From Trypethelium eluteriae (taxonomy: Eukaryota), in assembly GCA_051942245.1 (NCBI GenBank), contig JAVECL010000040.1, positions 1 to 64,000 on the forward strand: DNA of 64,000 bases, in the 5' to 3' direction. Under the pieces are notes generated by a model. It was not told the DNA's origin. It ran no database searches and saw only the letters and a program-made list of their open reading frames with translations. This document shows, in pieces, positions 10,380-23,754 of this stretch; positions within the stretch are counted from its first letter, which is position 1; the number at the start of each line of letters is the position of its first letter. The position numbers and the translations under genes are program-made.

Positions 10380-12798
10380 TCAACCTAGCATAATGCTAAT
10401 AAATTCCGCATAAGATAAATTGTCATGTGTAACATCGGGAATAGTTTTGTCGCTAGGGAAGAAGTTGTCCAGATAAACGGCCCCAATCACTTGATAACAC
10501 TGCCTCGTAGGCTCGTAACGTATAGCTAACAGAGGATCGTTATGTGTCCTGGTAATCCTTACCACTTTGTCACATAGTCGAAGGCCGTGTGGCCCGTTAC
10601 CAATACGCAACCTTCCCTCTGAGTTGCACAAAAATAGACGCCTACGCTCGGAGGCAAGGTTGTCGCAGATCTGAGCATGAAACTCCATAACATCTGGTTC
10701 GGCTTGTATTTGCTGTAAGATAGTCTGATTGGGACAGGTATCACGTCCTGGTCTCAATCTCATTAAAGATAACCAAGATGAGAAGGTCATATCATGGAGC
10801 CAATCAAACTTTTTCTCATCTATGACCGAAAAGAGGACCTCTTGGCGCCAGCGAGCATGTCGCTCTATTTTGTCACGTCCAGTCTGGTGAGTGATCGGGA
10901 TTTTCTCAAAATTGTGCCAGAACTGACGCCACGGCTCACGAATCTGCTGAATGTTGTGCAAATTCGAGTCCAGAGTAGCTGCATCGTACGGAGTACACAA
11001 GTGTTCGTAGAAACACTCGCTAACCCAGCTGATGTTGCCGATAGCCAGACTCTGCACATTTAGCCTGGACCCTTCTGATGTAATAGAAAACTTCGGGTTG
11101 AACTCTGTGTCTGGTTTGATAAAGCGTTCGTCTAGCTGGATACATGGTTGCCTCCACGCTTGGTGTGAGTGCTCGAGGTCTGGTACCCACGACGGCCTAT
11201 TTGTTTGGAGAGTGTTTGGGTTTGCGTAAAAAAGAAGTCGGCCGGCTCTTGGCCACTCAGAGAGTAACATATAGGGATCCTGGTATATCTCTTGCAGAGA
11301 CTTGGTTGAATCAGGAGTTGGTGGTTGTGTCCCCTGTGATTCTAGGATGCCCCATAGACCATAAGCTTTGTCTCGCGGATCGGTCGCCCGACGAAGTATA
11401 ATCTCGTCAATGAGTTCACCTCTGGATGCTATGCTGTTTGGAAGCATTGCAGCTCTCACCGTGTCACCCCTAGACACCATGCTATCTGGAACCAAGTCAG
11501 CCTTGTCGAGTTGCCACATCAAAGATAAGATCAGCAAGATTATATAAAGAACATCGCCAAGGAAACAGAAAAAGGCTGGAACCTCCATGTCAACATTGGA
11601 CTGGGCGAGGACGAAAAGAATGACGGCACCTATAAAGTGGACTGTTGTAACATGTGTCCCGAAAAGAGTATATATTGTAATAGTGTCAGCTTTTCTCACG
11701 AACTTGGCGTAGTTCGCAAGGCTCGACTCCTTGGACTTATACGTCGATGTGTGTAATCCCTGCTGTTGGTTGGAATGGAATCCAGCCCAAAGCCGTACTA
11801 GCCGTGGCCATTGTAGCCCAGATCCATCACCTGGAGGCAGATGTCTCGGAATTTTTTGGCAATCTTCGTTTAATTCCATCCATGTGATAATATGCGTGAA
11901 GTCTCGCCAAGAAATTATTTTAGTTCCACAGCACAGGATTGGATTCCGACAGAGAAGTACCTCTTGCAGCGTCCAGATTCGGTCTTTCCAGGTCTTGGAG
12001 AGGAGTTCGATCATTCCTCTTCGTAAATCAGCGGGCACGGAAAAGCTCAAAGAGCCTGTGAAAGACAGCCAAGAAAAAGCTGTCCTAAAGACAATCCACG
12101 GTACCATTGCAATGCCTGACCTCTTTTTTAAGCTTCGATAAAAGCGCAGTGGTATTGTAAGAGAGGATTGGTCAGGAATGGAACATACCACAGCATCTAA
12201 TGTCATAATAGACGGCTCGAAAAGGTCGCAAGTAAGCACTCCGCCATACAGCCCTGTAGTACGCTAGGGCGTGCAAGGGATAGAGGTATTGGAACGAGTC
12301 TGGATCACCGGAATCGATGCGAAGGAGATCTTGATAGCCCTGTGTCCGTAGGGACTCTATAGCGTCGTCTATCTGCGAGGTATTATCTCCGAGATACAGA
12401 TATACGACAGTTGCCCGGGAGTAAATATCTTGCATAAGGGGGATCTGGGAAAGTTTCTCCTCTTGTGCTTCTTGATTGATGCACACGGCATCGACCCAGA
12501 TTGTCAAAGCGCCGAAGGTGAAACTGAGATTCCGTAACGCTGACCAGCAGTTTGTCGTAATTTCAATCGTGCAAGACGATCCCTGGCACACAACCGTGTG
12601 GCGTGGTGTGGAAAAGGTGCCCCAAACGTAAGAAAGCGCACAGAAAGACGGGTTATCATCGAGATTCACTACCCGTAAATTTCCAACTACGCTACATTGA
12701 TGTGCGGGGTTAGTTTTGGATCCCATTTTCTGAGTCAGGACGTCGAGCACACGGATTTCGCGTGGGCCCAAAGGCAACATATCGTAAGACGTCGTCAT
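10380..12798 (-). CDS. HET-domain (heterokaryon incompatibility, HET-6-like) protein, 781 aa, two exons
   Basis: Motifs ALSYVWG, IWVDAVCINQ, EKLSQIPLMQDIYSRA, RIWTLQEV, ATDPRDKAYGL, PSWVPD. Intron 12116-12188 (GTATGT...TCAG) joins the two ORFs in frame. Confidence 0.9.
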
Positions 12799-13352
12799 TT
12801 CAAATGAACAGTGGAACTAGATTAATCGTTGCAACGGCTGTAGGTTGTTTCTGTAAGCCGAGAATCAATATTGCGGCCGATAAACCGTGGGACTGTCGCT
12901 CAAGGTATCGACCATGCGAGAAGAGTTTTGCACAATCATAAATAGCAGAGGGCTGGTGAAGTCATAGTTGCGGGAAATCTGGGCCAGACTATCATTTATG
13001 AGCCCAATAATCGGAATCTCGCCAATCAATAGAACCGAGTCCTTATAGAGGTACGCGAGGAAATCTTTCTGGATGTCGTACTCTAGTCTGTGTTCCGGTA
13101 GATAGGCTACTAGATATACTCTACCCCTCTAAGAAAACGATTTCTATTTTGGTGCGATATTGTACACACAGGGTAAGTGTACGTATCTTTCATTTTAATT
13201 ATATTGAAGTTAAGATGATGAAATGTACATACGATGCACGGGGCGGGTCCGTGCAAATCTTTGCCCTTTATCGAACCAACTTCACCTCTTGCCAACCCCC
13301 CACATGCTGAGGTTCAATATCATATCGGCAGTGAGAAGCCGAGTTAACGATC

Positions 13353-15464
13353 ATGAAAGATTTTTCTGAAAACAATCACCATGACTTCTATCAACCCCTC
13401 GACGAAGCTCAGAGCCAGATACGGCTATTCGTTCCACGATCTATCCAAGGCAATATCTTAGACGGCAGCATTTCAGTTGTCTCCCTTGACACCAATCCCC
13501 AATATCAAGCCCTTTCCTACGAATAGAACCCGTCTTTCATCAATGAAGATGGAGGCCTTTTTCTACGAGATCCAGCTGGCATAAATGGCCTGGGTCTAAC
13601 ACCAAATTTTTCCTCGTTTCTGTACCATTTTAGTCAGCAGCGTAAAGGGAATCCAGGGGAGAATTTGCCATTCTGGATCGATTCAATATGCATTAATCAG
13701 CATGATCTACAAGAAATGGCAAGTCAGATACGGCTTATGCATCGCATTTACAGCTCCGCTTCCAGAGTTGTTGTATGGCTTAGCTCTCAATTAGATTGCA
13801 GTAACGAGGCCTTTTCCTCATTAGGCGCCTTTACTGAACCCTGGATTTCTGGTCCAAAGTATCTCTGGAACAGAGATAGTAGACTCTTTCGTAAAGAGCT
13901 AATGAAACCAGTGGACTCAAATGGCGTCTTTACTGCGCTGCGGCTCTTACAACGCTCGTATTGGTACCGAGGATGGATAAATCAGGAACTGGTTTTCTCA
14001 GCACGAAATGCAGTGGTCCATTGCGGATCAATGATGATTGAAATCTCTATATTACTTCTTATTTTCTTGCAAGTGGTCGAAATGGAGCTTCCCTACCGTC
14101 CTTGGGCCTCCACTCGACGTAGATTTGAACCGTTTTCGAATTTATGGAGACCACAGGTGATATTGCGAAGACGCCTCAGAACAGACTTAATGCCGGAAGT
14201 TCGGAATCTTGTTGATCAGATTTCGACGGCCAATGCACCTTGCTCTATGATCACTCAACTTTTACAGTCCAACATAACAGGCACCATTGACCTGTACTCT
14301 TTGCTTCTGTACACTCGGTTCTGTCATATGTCTGATCCACGGGACTGAGTCTATAGTCTCCTTTCGCTAACAGAGCCATACTCATCCTCCGCATTGGAGA
14401 TCGACTATTCGGCGATCTGGCAAGAGACTTGTCGCAGATCCTTTATTTACATAGTTCGAGGCACACGTAGCCTGAACATATTGGTTTGCTGTGGTTCGCA
14501 AGCTGGGGGTCTTCCAAGTTGGGTCCCGGATTGGAGGGACCCTGTCATGGATCGTGACATGATCCATGACCTTGAAGCATTGAAATTCTGGCATTCGAAT
14601 GCGTCGAATGGAGAATTAACAATGGCAATGAAGGAAGAATCTGCAGGAGGTGACGGCTTGGCACCCCAGCAAGTGTCTTTCGGTAAATGAATCCTCAAAG
14701 TTCCTGCCATTTCGATAGCCTCGATTGAACGAGTATTTCGCCCGGTTGAGGAGAGCCAAGACGACAATGATGTTGTACAGGCGACCTTTCCTCGGCTTCA
14801 ATTTTTTCTTTTCGATTTCAGCCAAGCATCCTCTTCCACTCTTGCTGTAGTTTCCTTGTCTATACTAGCTGAAGTCTTTTCATCTCTGACAGGAACTTCT
14901 GTTCAATCCTTTTCGACCCCTCTGTTGAAGTATGGTAACAAACTTCTAGCTATATGGGCTGTTTGGTGGATGAAGGCTCTAGAGATGTTTGTAGGTTATC
15001 GCCAATTTGTACCACAACCACCTAAGCTGGACGATCAGCAAGAAGCTTATAGCCTAGCAGGACGGTGGCTCAAACTGGGACTCCTGAAGCATCGATCGCT
15101 CTTTACAATCTCTACTCCTCAAGAATTATATACCGCAAATGATCTTTGGGAACGGAGGATGGCGTTAATCAAAGAATTCCCTTCCAAAATATGCGCACCA
15201 AAACTCGTTAGAGATTGGAATGAGAAGCTCGTAGGCGAGATGCATCATCTGCCTGGTTCTCGTCTTTTTGGGCTATGTCGCGTCAAAGCACGACCTGGTG
15301 ATAGCGTTTTTGTTGTTCCTGATTGTAGCTTCCCAATGATACTTCGACATGCAGAACAAGATCCGACGTGCTACAAGATCATTGGAGCTGCTTGGATGGC
15401 TGGCGGTATAATGCAAGGTGACGTCTTGGGTAAGCTTCCTGAGACTGCAATATCAATCGTGTAA
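13353..15464 (+). pseudogene. HET-domain gene with three premature in-frame stops and no frameshift
   Basis: Single frame from ATG 13353: YQALSYE*(TAG 13524), FWIDSICINQ, RSYWYRGWINQE, SDPRD*(TGA 14346)VYSLL, LPSWVPDW, GK*(TGA 14688)ILKV, then a typical GDSVFVV...YKIIGAAW...GIMQG tail. Confidence 0.88.
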
Positions 15465-16524
15465 TAGAGAGCAATAAGTCAATTCTATTTATTTTAATCT
15501 GATTCCTACATCTAATTCAACATTTCTATACTAGAATTAGGTAAAAAGTAAAACAAAGCCCTATTATCTCGCAGCTAAGTTCGACCAACAAAAGCACACG
15601 AAACCGCGGCGAAGTACATACGCCGGAATTGGTCGCCAATTCACCAGTAACACTGACTCTCTCACGTAATTTTGAGGTCCCTTATGGTGAATACGTAATG
15701 TGCCTCCTCGGTATTGCTATGTTGAGTAGGAGGTCTCATTACTCGATTCGCTTCAATCATCTCCTCAACTATCTAGTCATGACTGTCTGGATCTTGGCTT
15801 AGGTGGAGAAAGAGGAAAACAGACAAACAAAGAAAGCAAACAAAGAAAAACGAAAAAAAAAAAGGGAGTGGGCGGGAGACACGAGATAGGGCCAACAAGG
15901 CCGACAAACATTGATCTTGGATACAGCTTGGCATACATCTGTGTTCATCTCATCAACCATGCCTTACGAATCGGGATGTTAGAACGCAAGTCTTGCGCAA
16001 GCTATATGTCAGAAGTCTTCTGTCAAAATCAAGTTCTTGATTCTTCAGTGCCAAATTTACGAATCAAGTTCGTCGACAATGATTAATTCACTTTCCCGAT
16101 GTCGAACTTAACCTCAATAACGGTCGATTTCAATAGGATTCTAACACGACGGATAACTTCCAGCTAGTGGGTATTTCCATACATAATTCGCGTCGAGGCC
16201 GTAACGCCAGGCTTTTCAAACCCACAAATGCTGACCGCGTCCATCTAATGACACCGCCAATTCGAGCTCCGCACTGTATGAACCCCAAATAGAGATTATC
16301 GAAGACGATCTTGAGATCTAAGTTCAGCTGAATGGAATGTGATTAGGGCAGCCAGTTGACACGGCAATCGCGCAAGACAGCAACCGAATGCCAGTGAATG
16401 ACCCAAAGATATGAGTCAGGAGCCGGAGATCTTAAGCTTTCAAGTGCCAGGCCTCTATCCCGAAAATGCGCGAGAACAGTGACTGCAAGCTCGCAGAGAT
16501 ATGTTGCGCTGAGGCTGTAACTGG

Positions 16525-18816
16525 CTATGATTTCCCGTTCCCATCCTTCTCGGTAGATTGAGCGGGATCGGCGTCACCCTTCGCTACGTCTGCGTAGCTC
16601 CCATCTAGATCGCCTGTTGTGCGGCTTGTGTCCATGCTCCCAGGTTGTGCATCGCCATTTTCCTGTATCTCTCCCGCATCCTTGCTTTCCTTCGGGTCAT
16701 CAACTGCCTGGTCTTGTAGAAGAGGGCAGGGACTTGGCTGCTCCGCTGCCTTTCGTACCTCATCCGCTTCTTGGATCTTGCTGTCACCCTGAAACTGAGC
16801 TTCAGGAACACCGTCCGTATCGCCGTCCTGACCTCCGTTCGTACTCCCAACAATACTCAACTCTTCTGAGTTATCACCTTTCTCCCTTTTCTGTTGCCCT
16901 TCCTCCCTCCCGTTATCCTCATCCGCTCGTCTCTGATTCCCGTCCATCATCATTCCTCCATTCATTTGATTTGTTTCCTCTGCTGACTTCACATTTTGCA
17001 TCACGAAATCTTCGGCCCTTTTCACCTTCTCTTCCACGCTCCCACTGACGCCAGCTTGGCCTATCTTCTGCCTCAAGCCATGCATTGTGGAATCGCTCAT
17101 CACTTTGGTCCGCTCTTGAAGCGAATCGATTCTCTCTCGAGTATTTGTGTTCTTCAGTCCCCGTCGGAGATCCGCCAAATCTTTCTGTACCTCGGCTCCC
17201 ACGTCCATCAGCTTTCGTTCAGCACGATCTCCCGCTTTCTCCATCTCTCTATCGGTATCCCTTGCGGCATCTTCTGAAGCTTCATAAGCAGCACGACCTC
17301 GAGCTTCGACTGGCTTTCGATGTTTCGTCGGAGATCTCGAAAGGCGATTTGTATACGATCGAACGAAGAAGCGAAGGAAAAGCCACCTAAATGTCATGAT
17401 CATACATTAGTTCATTCAAACAATCCGAGATTGGCAACATCAAGAGAGACAATCGTGTAGGGGAAAAGAGTACCCAAGTAGCGTTATTGTACTCACGTCA
17501 GGGGAAATAGGTATATTAAATTTAACCAAATCGCAAAGCTTTGACCGCTGGTGTCGATGCACGAGACTCTTTGATATTCATTCCGGTATCGCACTTCCTG
17601 AACGCGGTCTAAGACTTTCTGTTCCTCAACGCGAATGGCCTCGTCTACGCTGCCTAGAGGTCGCCCAACATTCTCGGCAAGACCTTCTTGGCCAGCAGCG
17701 CGAAAAGCCATTTTCTTCATGAAGCTCGCAAATTGTGCAGAAGCGGTCGGCACCGCAGAAGACATCAATGAAGAGACTGCCGAGGTTGTAGAAGACGGTG
17801 CAGCACTTGCGATACTCGCAACATTAGAGAATATGTAGTAAGGCGTCGAAACCGGGACAGAGTAGGAGATGAACAGGTGGGCGGCGGCAAAAGACGCCCC
17901 AACGACGAATTGCATAATCTGACATGTTGTGAGCGTTCGTTTGAACCAGATAGGCACGCGATATCCCAGAGCTGACACTGCGTAGTAGCCATACTAAGAG
18001 CAAATCATCAGTGCTAGGTAAACCAAAGAATCTGGGAGCAAGAACACTTACCATCCAGGTGTGTATGAAAGAGTTGACGCATACGAACATCCAAATGGGC
18101 GGGCTCATGTATCGGATACCTGCCCACATGGCGGCCATGGCTCCCGCATGATGATAGACTTGCAGCGTACTGCTCCTTTTGCCCTTCAGAACCAGGATAA
18201 AGCTATCAATCACCTCGTAGAACTTGCTCAAATAGAATAGCCATCCCCAGAAAGCCAGCCCTTCATTCCACAATCGTCCGACATCCGTAGAGTCCGGTGT
18301 CCCGTTCAAAGCAAGGCGGATAGCGGAATTCTTGATGGTCCATCGACTGCTTGAAGCATTGTAGAATGCAGCATCTCCAATTCCACGCGGCCCATGCATC
18401 TTACACAACGAGTCCACAGCTTCAGCAAATTTGTACTCAGAGCCCCCATAGCTCGGCCACGTGTGTCGCAACGCCCGCACCAGCGCTGCACATGTAGCGG
18501 CGCTATACAGCATCAGGAGGATATTGTGTGTCAGAACCAGAAATCGGAAGGTCTTCGTTCTCGAGATACTCCATGGCTGGTTGCCGTTTCGACGATTGAA
18601 AATGTTGAGACTGACGATGACGCTCGCGTAGACAGCAGCGAAGGTTGCCGGTATTGCTGGCTGCAGCCAGAAATTGTAGGTCTCGCTTGAGATAGGCCAG
18701 GGACTTCGGAGTGAGTAAAAATCCGAAGGTGGTGGGACAGCTTTGGGATAGGGATCTGGCTGCAATTTGAAGAGTGAAGAATCCGGAAACGATAGGTAGA
18801 CTGAGGTGGCCGACAT
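16525..18816 (-). CDS. GNS1/SUR4 (ELO) family fatty acid elongase-like membrane protein, three exons
   Basis: Motifs FYLSKFYEVIDS, LQVYHHAG, NSFIHTWMYGYY, LTTCQIMQF. Introns 17994-18051 and 17387-17496 restore the frame. Confidence 0.9.
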
Positions 18817-20984
18817 ATTGGAAGACAGTACGGTGAATATGCGTTGCAGAGCTATAGAGATAATGCTTAGCACGAGCTTCCAATCCCCCGAGGTACTTAA
18901 TTAGTTGATCTGTGGCTCAACAATTTTTCCCGTTCCTCGGTCAACGCCACCAGCAACTTGCCTCTAGGAGGTCAGTAGCGAAGCTTTGAACAAGGTCACC
19001 ACAGCAGATGCTACAATGACGAGGATTGACGAGGGATAGGGCACCGCGCAATTGAGTGGAGAGGTCAAGTGGATGGTGGTGAGAGAAAAAATAAGTAGCG
19101 CAGCTGTTTTGGGCAGAGTACTTAGGTACCTATCCACCTATCCTATCCCGGTCACCAAACGAACGTTATTGCACTATGAGGTCACGGACAAATCTCGTTG
19201 GGTTGCCTCGGCATCATCTCCGTCCCGTCCTACAGGGGGGTAGTCCGCATGCGGTCGCGACACATCGCAATGCTTTCCAGCAGGTATTTCCTACCCATTG
19301 AGGTACCCGTCTCGCCCTGCAAAGCTCAAACGCTCTAATGTGAGCATTCTTTGGTGACAGTGACAGTCGATTCTCAAAAGTATTGTACTGGAACCTTCAA
19401 ACTTCCAAACCAAAGGCCTTCGTAACATATGCACATATATTCTTTACTCCCATCACTGGTTCTTAGGGGTCGTCAATGAAGCATAGGGATACCGCCAGTA
19501 TCAACGAGTCCTATGGTGTTCCAGGTTTGGAGATGTTTAACATTATGATCCGCTAAATCCTTGGCTGCCGAAACGTTTGCAAGCTTCACGTAAACGGCAA
19601 ACGCGTTTGTGACAACGGCAGTACGAAAGTAGCGGAGATAATGACACTATTCCAGATATAGATCTTCACAAGGATTCTGTACCGAGTGGTCAATTGGGCA
19701 AGTTTCTCAATAAGTCGTTTTGGGCTTTGATCGGCCATGAGATAGATGTATCTTATGTCGTAGCAAAAGGCTTTAGTGTATGAATAGTTCATGACTGCAG
19801 AACCCGTTCAGTGATGGCATGCCTCAGCGAATTGCGCATCATGCAATTTCTAAGATGAAAGTTTGCACGCCTAAGTACAGCGTCCGGTGCATACGACGTG
19901 CATTAGCGCCCCCTCATACAAATAGTGGTGGATCTCTCTTTGACGAAGGAAACCGCTTCGGTTCTAAGAATGTTTGGATTGGTAGTTCGGAATCAATGCT
20001 CGAGCCAATCACTTCATTAGGCTTCAATGTGTCTACCGAGGCAAGCGGGAGACCTCTGACACAGGAGCTTGCTGCACAGTTGAGGAGTAAGATGTCGTTG
20101 AGGTGATGTGGCAAATTTGGGTTATGAGGAACAGGAACCTAGACCTGTGGCTAGACGATTCTCGCCGCAGATGAATGTGGCTTCAAGTGGCTCGGGTGGC
20201 CTATGATTCCCCATCAGATCGTCGCAATTCCCATTCCACCGGACCCGCTTGCGCTGAGTACGACGATTCTACTTCAATCCTCCAAGATGAAGCCAGAAGT
20301 CGTTGCAGCTCCCCGAACAGCCATTTTAAGCCGGCCCGCCTTGGCCCACACGTGCAGAACCACGCCACCTGGCCAGGGTACTAGAAGGATGAGCCGCCAC
20401 AACTCCACTGCACTCGTAATCTAATCCCTCCCCGCCAAATGAGCCCATGTCTTTTTTTTTCCCTTTGCCTGACGCCTCTACGCCAGCGCGTCGTGGGTAC
20501 TCTCGGCCTCGTCCCGCGAAGCTCTAGTTGCGGCTGAAGGACCCTGCCGGCAAGTTCTTGAGCCGGCTTTCTGCACTACAATTGTTGCGCCTTTGCTCAG
20601 GCGCCTCCAGGTTCACACTCATCTGTTCACGGCATAGCTGCCCCTTCCGCTACGCAGTGCTGCTTTCCACCATTTATCTCTGAAGGCTGAATTACCTTCA
20701 TCACTTTCTAGGAAGCCCTCGAGACACGTCCAGCCAACAGCGTCTTACTTGTCCATTCGCCCTGTCTTGACTGGACAGCCATAAGATATCCCATATCCGC
20801 CACCTGCTCATACCCCAAGACTGTAGTTCTTGGCAAAGCCGATTACTCACATTTCCTGCTACTGTAAATACCTTCTAAAATTATACACTGAAGAACACTG
20901 CTCAAAGATTCAGTAGTCGGCGTGGGACTAGCCAATAGCTTCTTCACTGAAGAGTCCTCTCCAGTCTCACTTAAAAAAAAAACC

Positions 20985-23214
20985 ATGGCTTCGACGCCTC
21001 CTAGCTCAAATGACGATCAACCCCTTCAACTCCAATCTGATTCTCCTCTTTCGTCTCCAGAACCACCCTCGCCCTCTCCGACAAACGACCGTCCACAACC
21101 GAAGTCACCCACTTCTCTTGCCAACTCTCAAAATGGCGGCCGGACAGGTGTGGCAGCTTCCGCAACAACTGCAGGCATGACTGCGTCCTCTACGCCACTG
21201 GGAAGTCTCAATGCCGCAAGGAGACCTGGGATGACTCCGCCTACGCTATCTACTAGAGGTAGCGGGCTTACTTCAGACATCCAAGAAAAAATGAGGAAGT
21301 TCCATTTGGAGCGGCAGGGAGCTCCTAGACCGGCGGGAACACAAGCAGGCGCGGCTGGCATTCAACTACCAGGCAGTCCAGGACCTGGTAGATCTGGCGT
21401 TCTGTCTCCATCAGGAGGGCCGACTGCAGCTGGGGGTATTCCAAGCAACCTTCAATTGCCGCAGGGCCTTGGGCGACCGACACCGCAGAATATGCATTCA
21501 GCACCTGCCGTGCCTCATTTGGGTGGGGCCAAGCCTTCGCTCGCACAGAAAAGAGGAATGGCCCTTCCTGGAGGACTTCCGGGAGCAGCGCCGTCTCCGC
21601 CGCCGACTTCAGCGCCCGCTCCCGGTAGAAGGAAAAAGCCAGGCCTCACCCTCTCACAAATGAACGCTTCAGACGAGAGTCAGGAAGGGGCAGATACGTC
21701 TCAAAATCAACAGCATGGTGGATCAATGCTAGACAAATATGCTAAATTCATCAACAAAGAAACAGGTAGCCTAACGTTCAAGGACAAAGCTGTGCTCCAT
21801 AACAAGGGCGTCGAATTTGCTGGCGGACAGAGCTTTAATATCTCTCTTGATGAAGTTGACACCTTGGATGAGCTTGGCAAGGGAAACTACGGTACCGTCT
21901 ACAAAGTCCGTCACAGCCGTCCTGCGATTCGAAGACCGGGACTAGGTCTCGCAGGCAACAAGGCTCAGCCAACATACTCTGCTCCTGTCATCCCGACTTC
22001 TCCCACTGCAGCTAAAGCCCTGGACTCTACAGATTCGAGCACGCCAGACAGCCCGACAGTTTCATCGAACAATAGCACGCCGGCTAAGGGGGGTACGACT
22101 GGCATGATCATGGCGATGAAGGAACTTCGATTGGAGCTTGACGACGCCAAATTTGCTGCCATAATCATGGAATTGGACATCCTACATCGTTGCATATCCC
22201 CGTTTATTGTCGATTTCTACGGCGCGTTTTTCCAAGAAGGCGCTGTTTATATTTGCATGGAGTTCATGGATGGAGGTTCTATTGATAAATTGTATGGTGA
22301 TGGCATACCTGAAAATGTCTTGAGAAAAATCGCTCTGAGTACGACGATGGGCTTGAAGAGTTTGAAGGACGACCACAACATTATACATCGTGACGTCAAG
22401 CCAACGAATATTCTAGTCAATACTCGTGGCCAAGTTAAAATATGCGATTTTGGTGTGTCAGGAAATCTAGTGGCGAGTATCGCGAAGACGAATATTGGAT
22501 GCCAGAGCTACATGGCACCCGAGCGGATAAGTAGCGGTGGCGTTGCACAGGCTGGAGCAAATCCAGGAGGCGGCACCTACAGCGTACAGAGTGATATATG
22601 GAGTCTAGGTCTGACGATTATTGAGTGTGCGCTAGGAAGGTACCCCTATCCTCCCGAAACGTATAACAATATTTTCAGTCAGCTCAGCGTAAGTCATCCG
22701 CCTACTCAGGATTGGTTGTCGCCCAATTCTACTTTCTTAGCTTGTAATTATTATTGAGGCTAACAGATATCTCTTGTAGGCAATCGTCGACGGCGAGCCT
22801 CCTGATCTCCCTACTGAAGGCTATAGCGAAGCTGCGCGCAACTTTGTCCACGGATGCCTGAACAAGATACCCAATCTCCGACCCACGTATGCCATGCTTC
22901 TTCAACATGTCTGGCTAGCCCCTCTTCTCAAACCGCCCACCATCTCTGAGGAGGACGAAGAAGCGGCTGCAGGTGCTGCAGAAGGGATCGCAGTGTCAGA
23001 TGCAGCACCTGGAGCGATCGAGGCTGCAGAGCCGACTGTATCCATACCTGTGACTGCTGTAGAGCTGGAGCCGACTACGGCGGACAAAGAAGTCGCAGAC
23101 TGGGTGATGGCCGCGATCGAGAGGAGAAGAAATGGCACTATGGGAAGGAGCGCAAAACCTGCGTTACACACGGCGCCACTGGATGCTGTGCAGAGTCCAA
23201 CCACGGAGCGGTAG
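20985..23214 (+). CDS. PBS2: MAP kinase kinase of the HOG pathway
   Basis: Motifs LGKGNYGTV, HRDVKPTN, DFGVSGNLVASIAKTNIGCQSYMAPER; Pro-rich N-terminus; intron 22689-22779. Confidence 0.95.
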
Positions 23215-23754
23215 GGACTCAAACGTGACGTCATGCATATATAGAGTAGAAAAGGCAGGGAACTTATATAGGTCATGACCGTTAGGAAGTAATGTAATGA
23301 AATTTGTTAAGACCCAATGGAGCGGTTCGAAAAGGCAGTCCGCAGTGCTTGGGACCCGTCCGCGTATGCTCATGCTTATGCTCATGTCAGACTACTCGAT
23401 GCTAGACTTCATGTTCAAATTTTTATCGATTATCGACTATAATTGAGGAGCGTGGCGGGTCCAGGGACCCATTAGTCGCATTTGCTTCGCGACCGTCTAC
23501 TAGTACGCTTGCCCACTCGAGCGGGTCACAAGGGATTCCCGTGGTTCCACAAAGGCACGGCGTGTAATGCAAATGGGCAGAACCCAACACGCAATGGCAC
23601 GATTATGGATAACGGGTCAGGAAGCAACGGCAAGCGAGGACGACAATGCATGCACCGCGGAATTCAGTCTAAGAGGACTTGCATCTTTCATGCTATCTGT
23701 GAAGCAACAAGTACATCCTCATTGAAACGCCTGGCCACCTATAAGACTGGATGT

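Noticed and set aside
12116..12239. Apparent frameshift between the two minus-strand HET ORFs
   Set aside because: A 73-nt GTATGT...TCAG intron joins them in frame.
12996..13005. PBS-like TTATGAGCCC between the HET genes
   Set aside because: No adjacent LTR end or retroelement sequence; likely chance.
21905..22105. Long Ser/Pro-rich insert between kinase subdomains I and II of Pbs2
   Set aside because: Low-complexity loop with no splice signals; I recall similar inserts in filamentous-fungal Pbs2 proteins.
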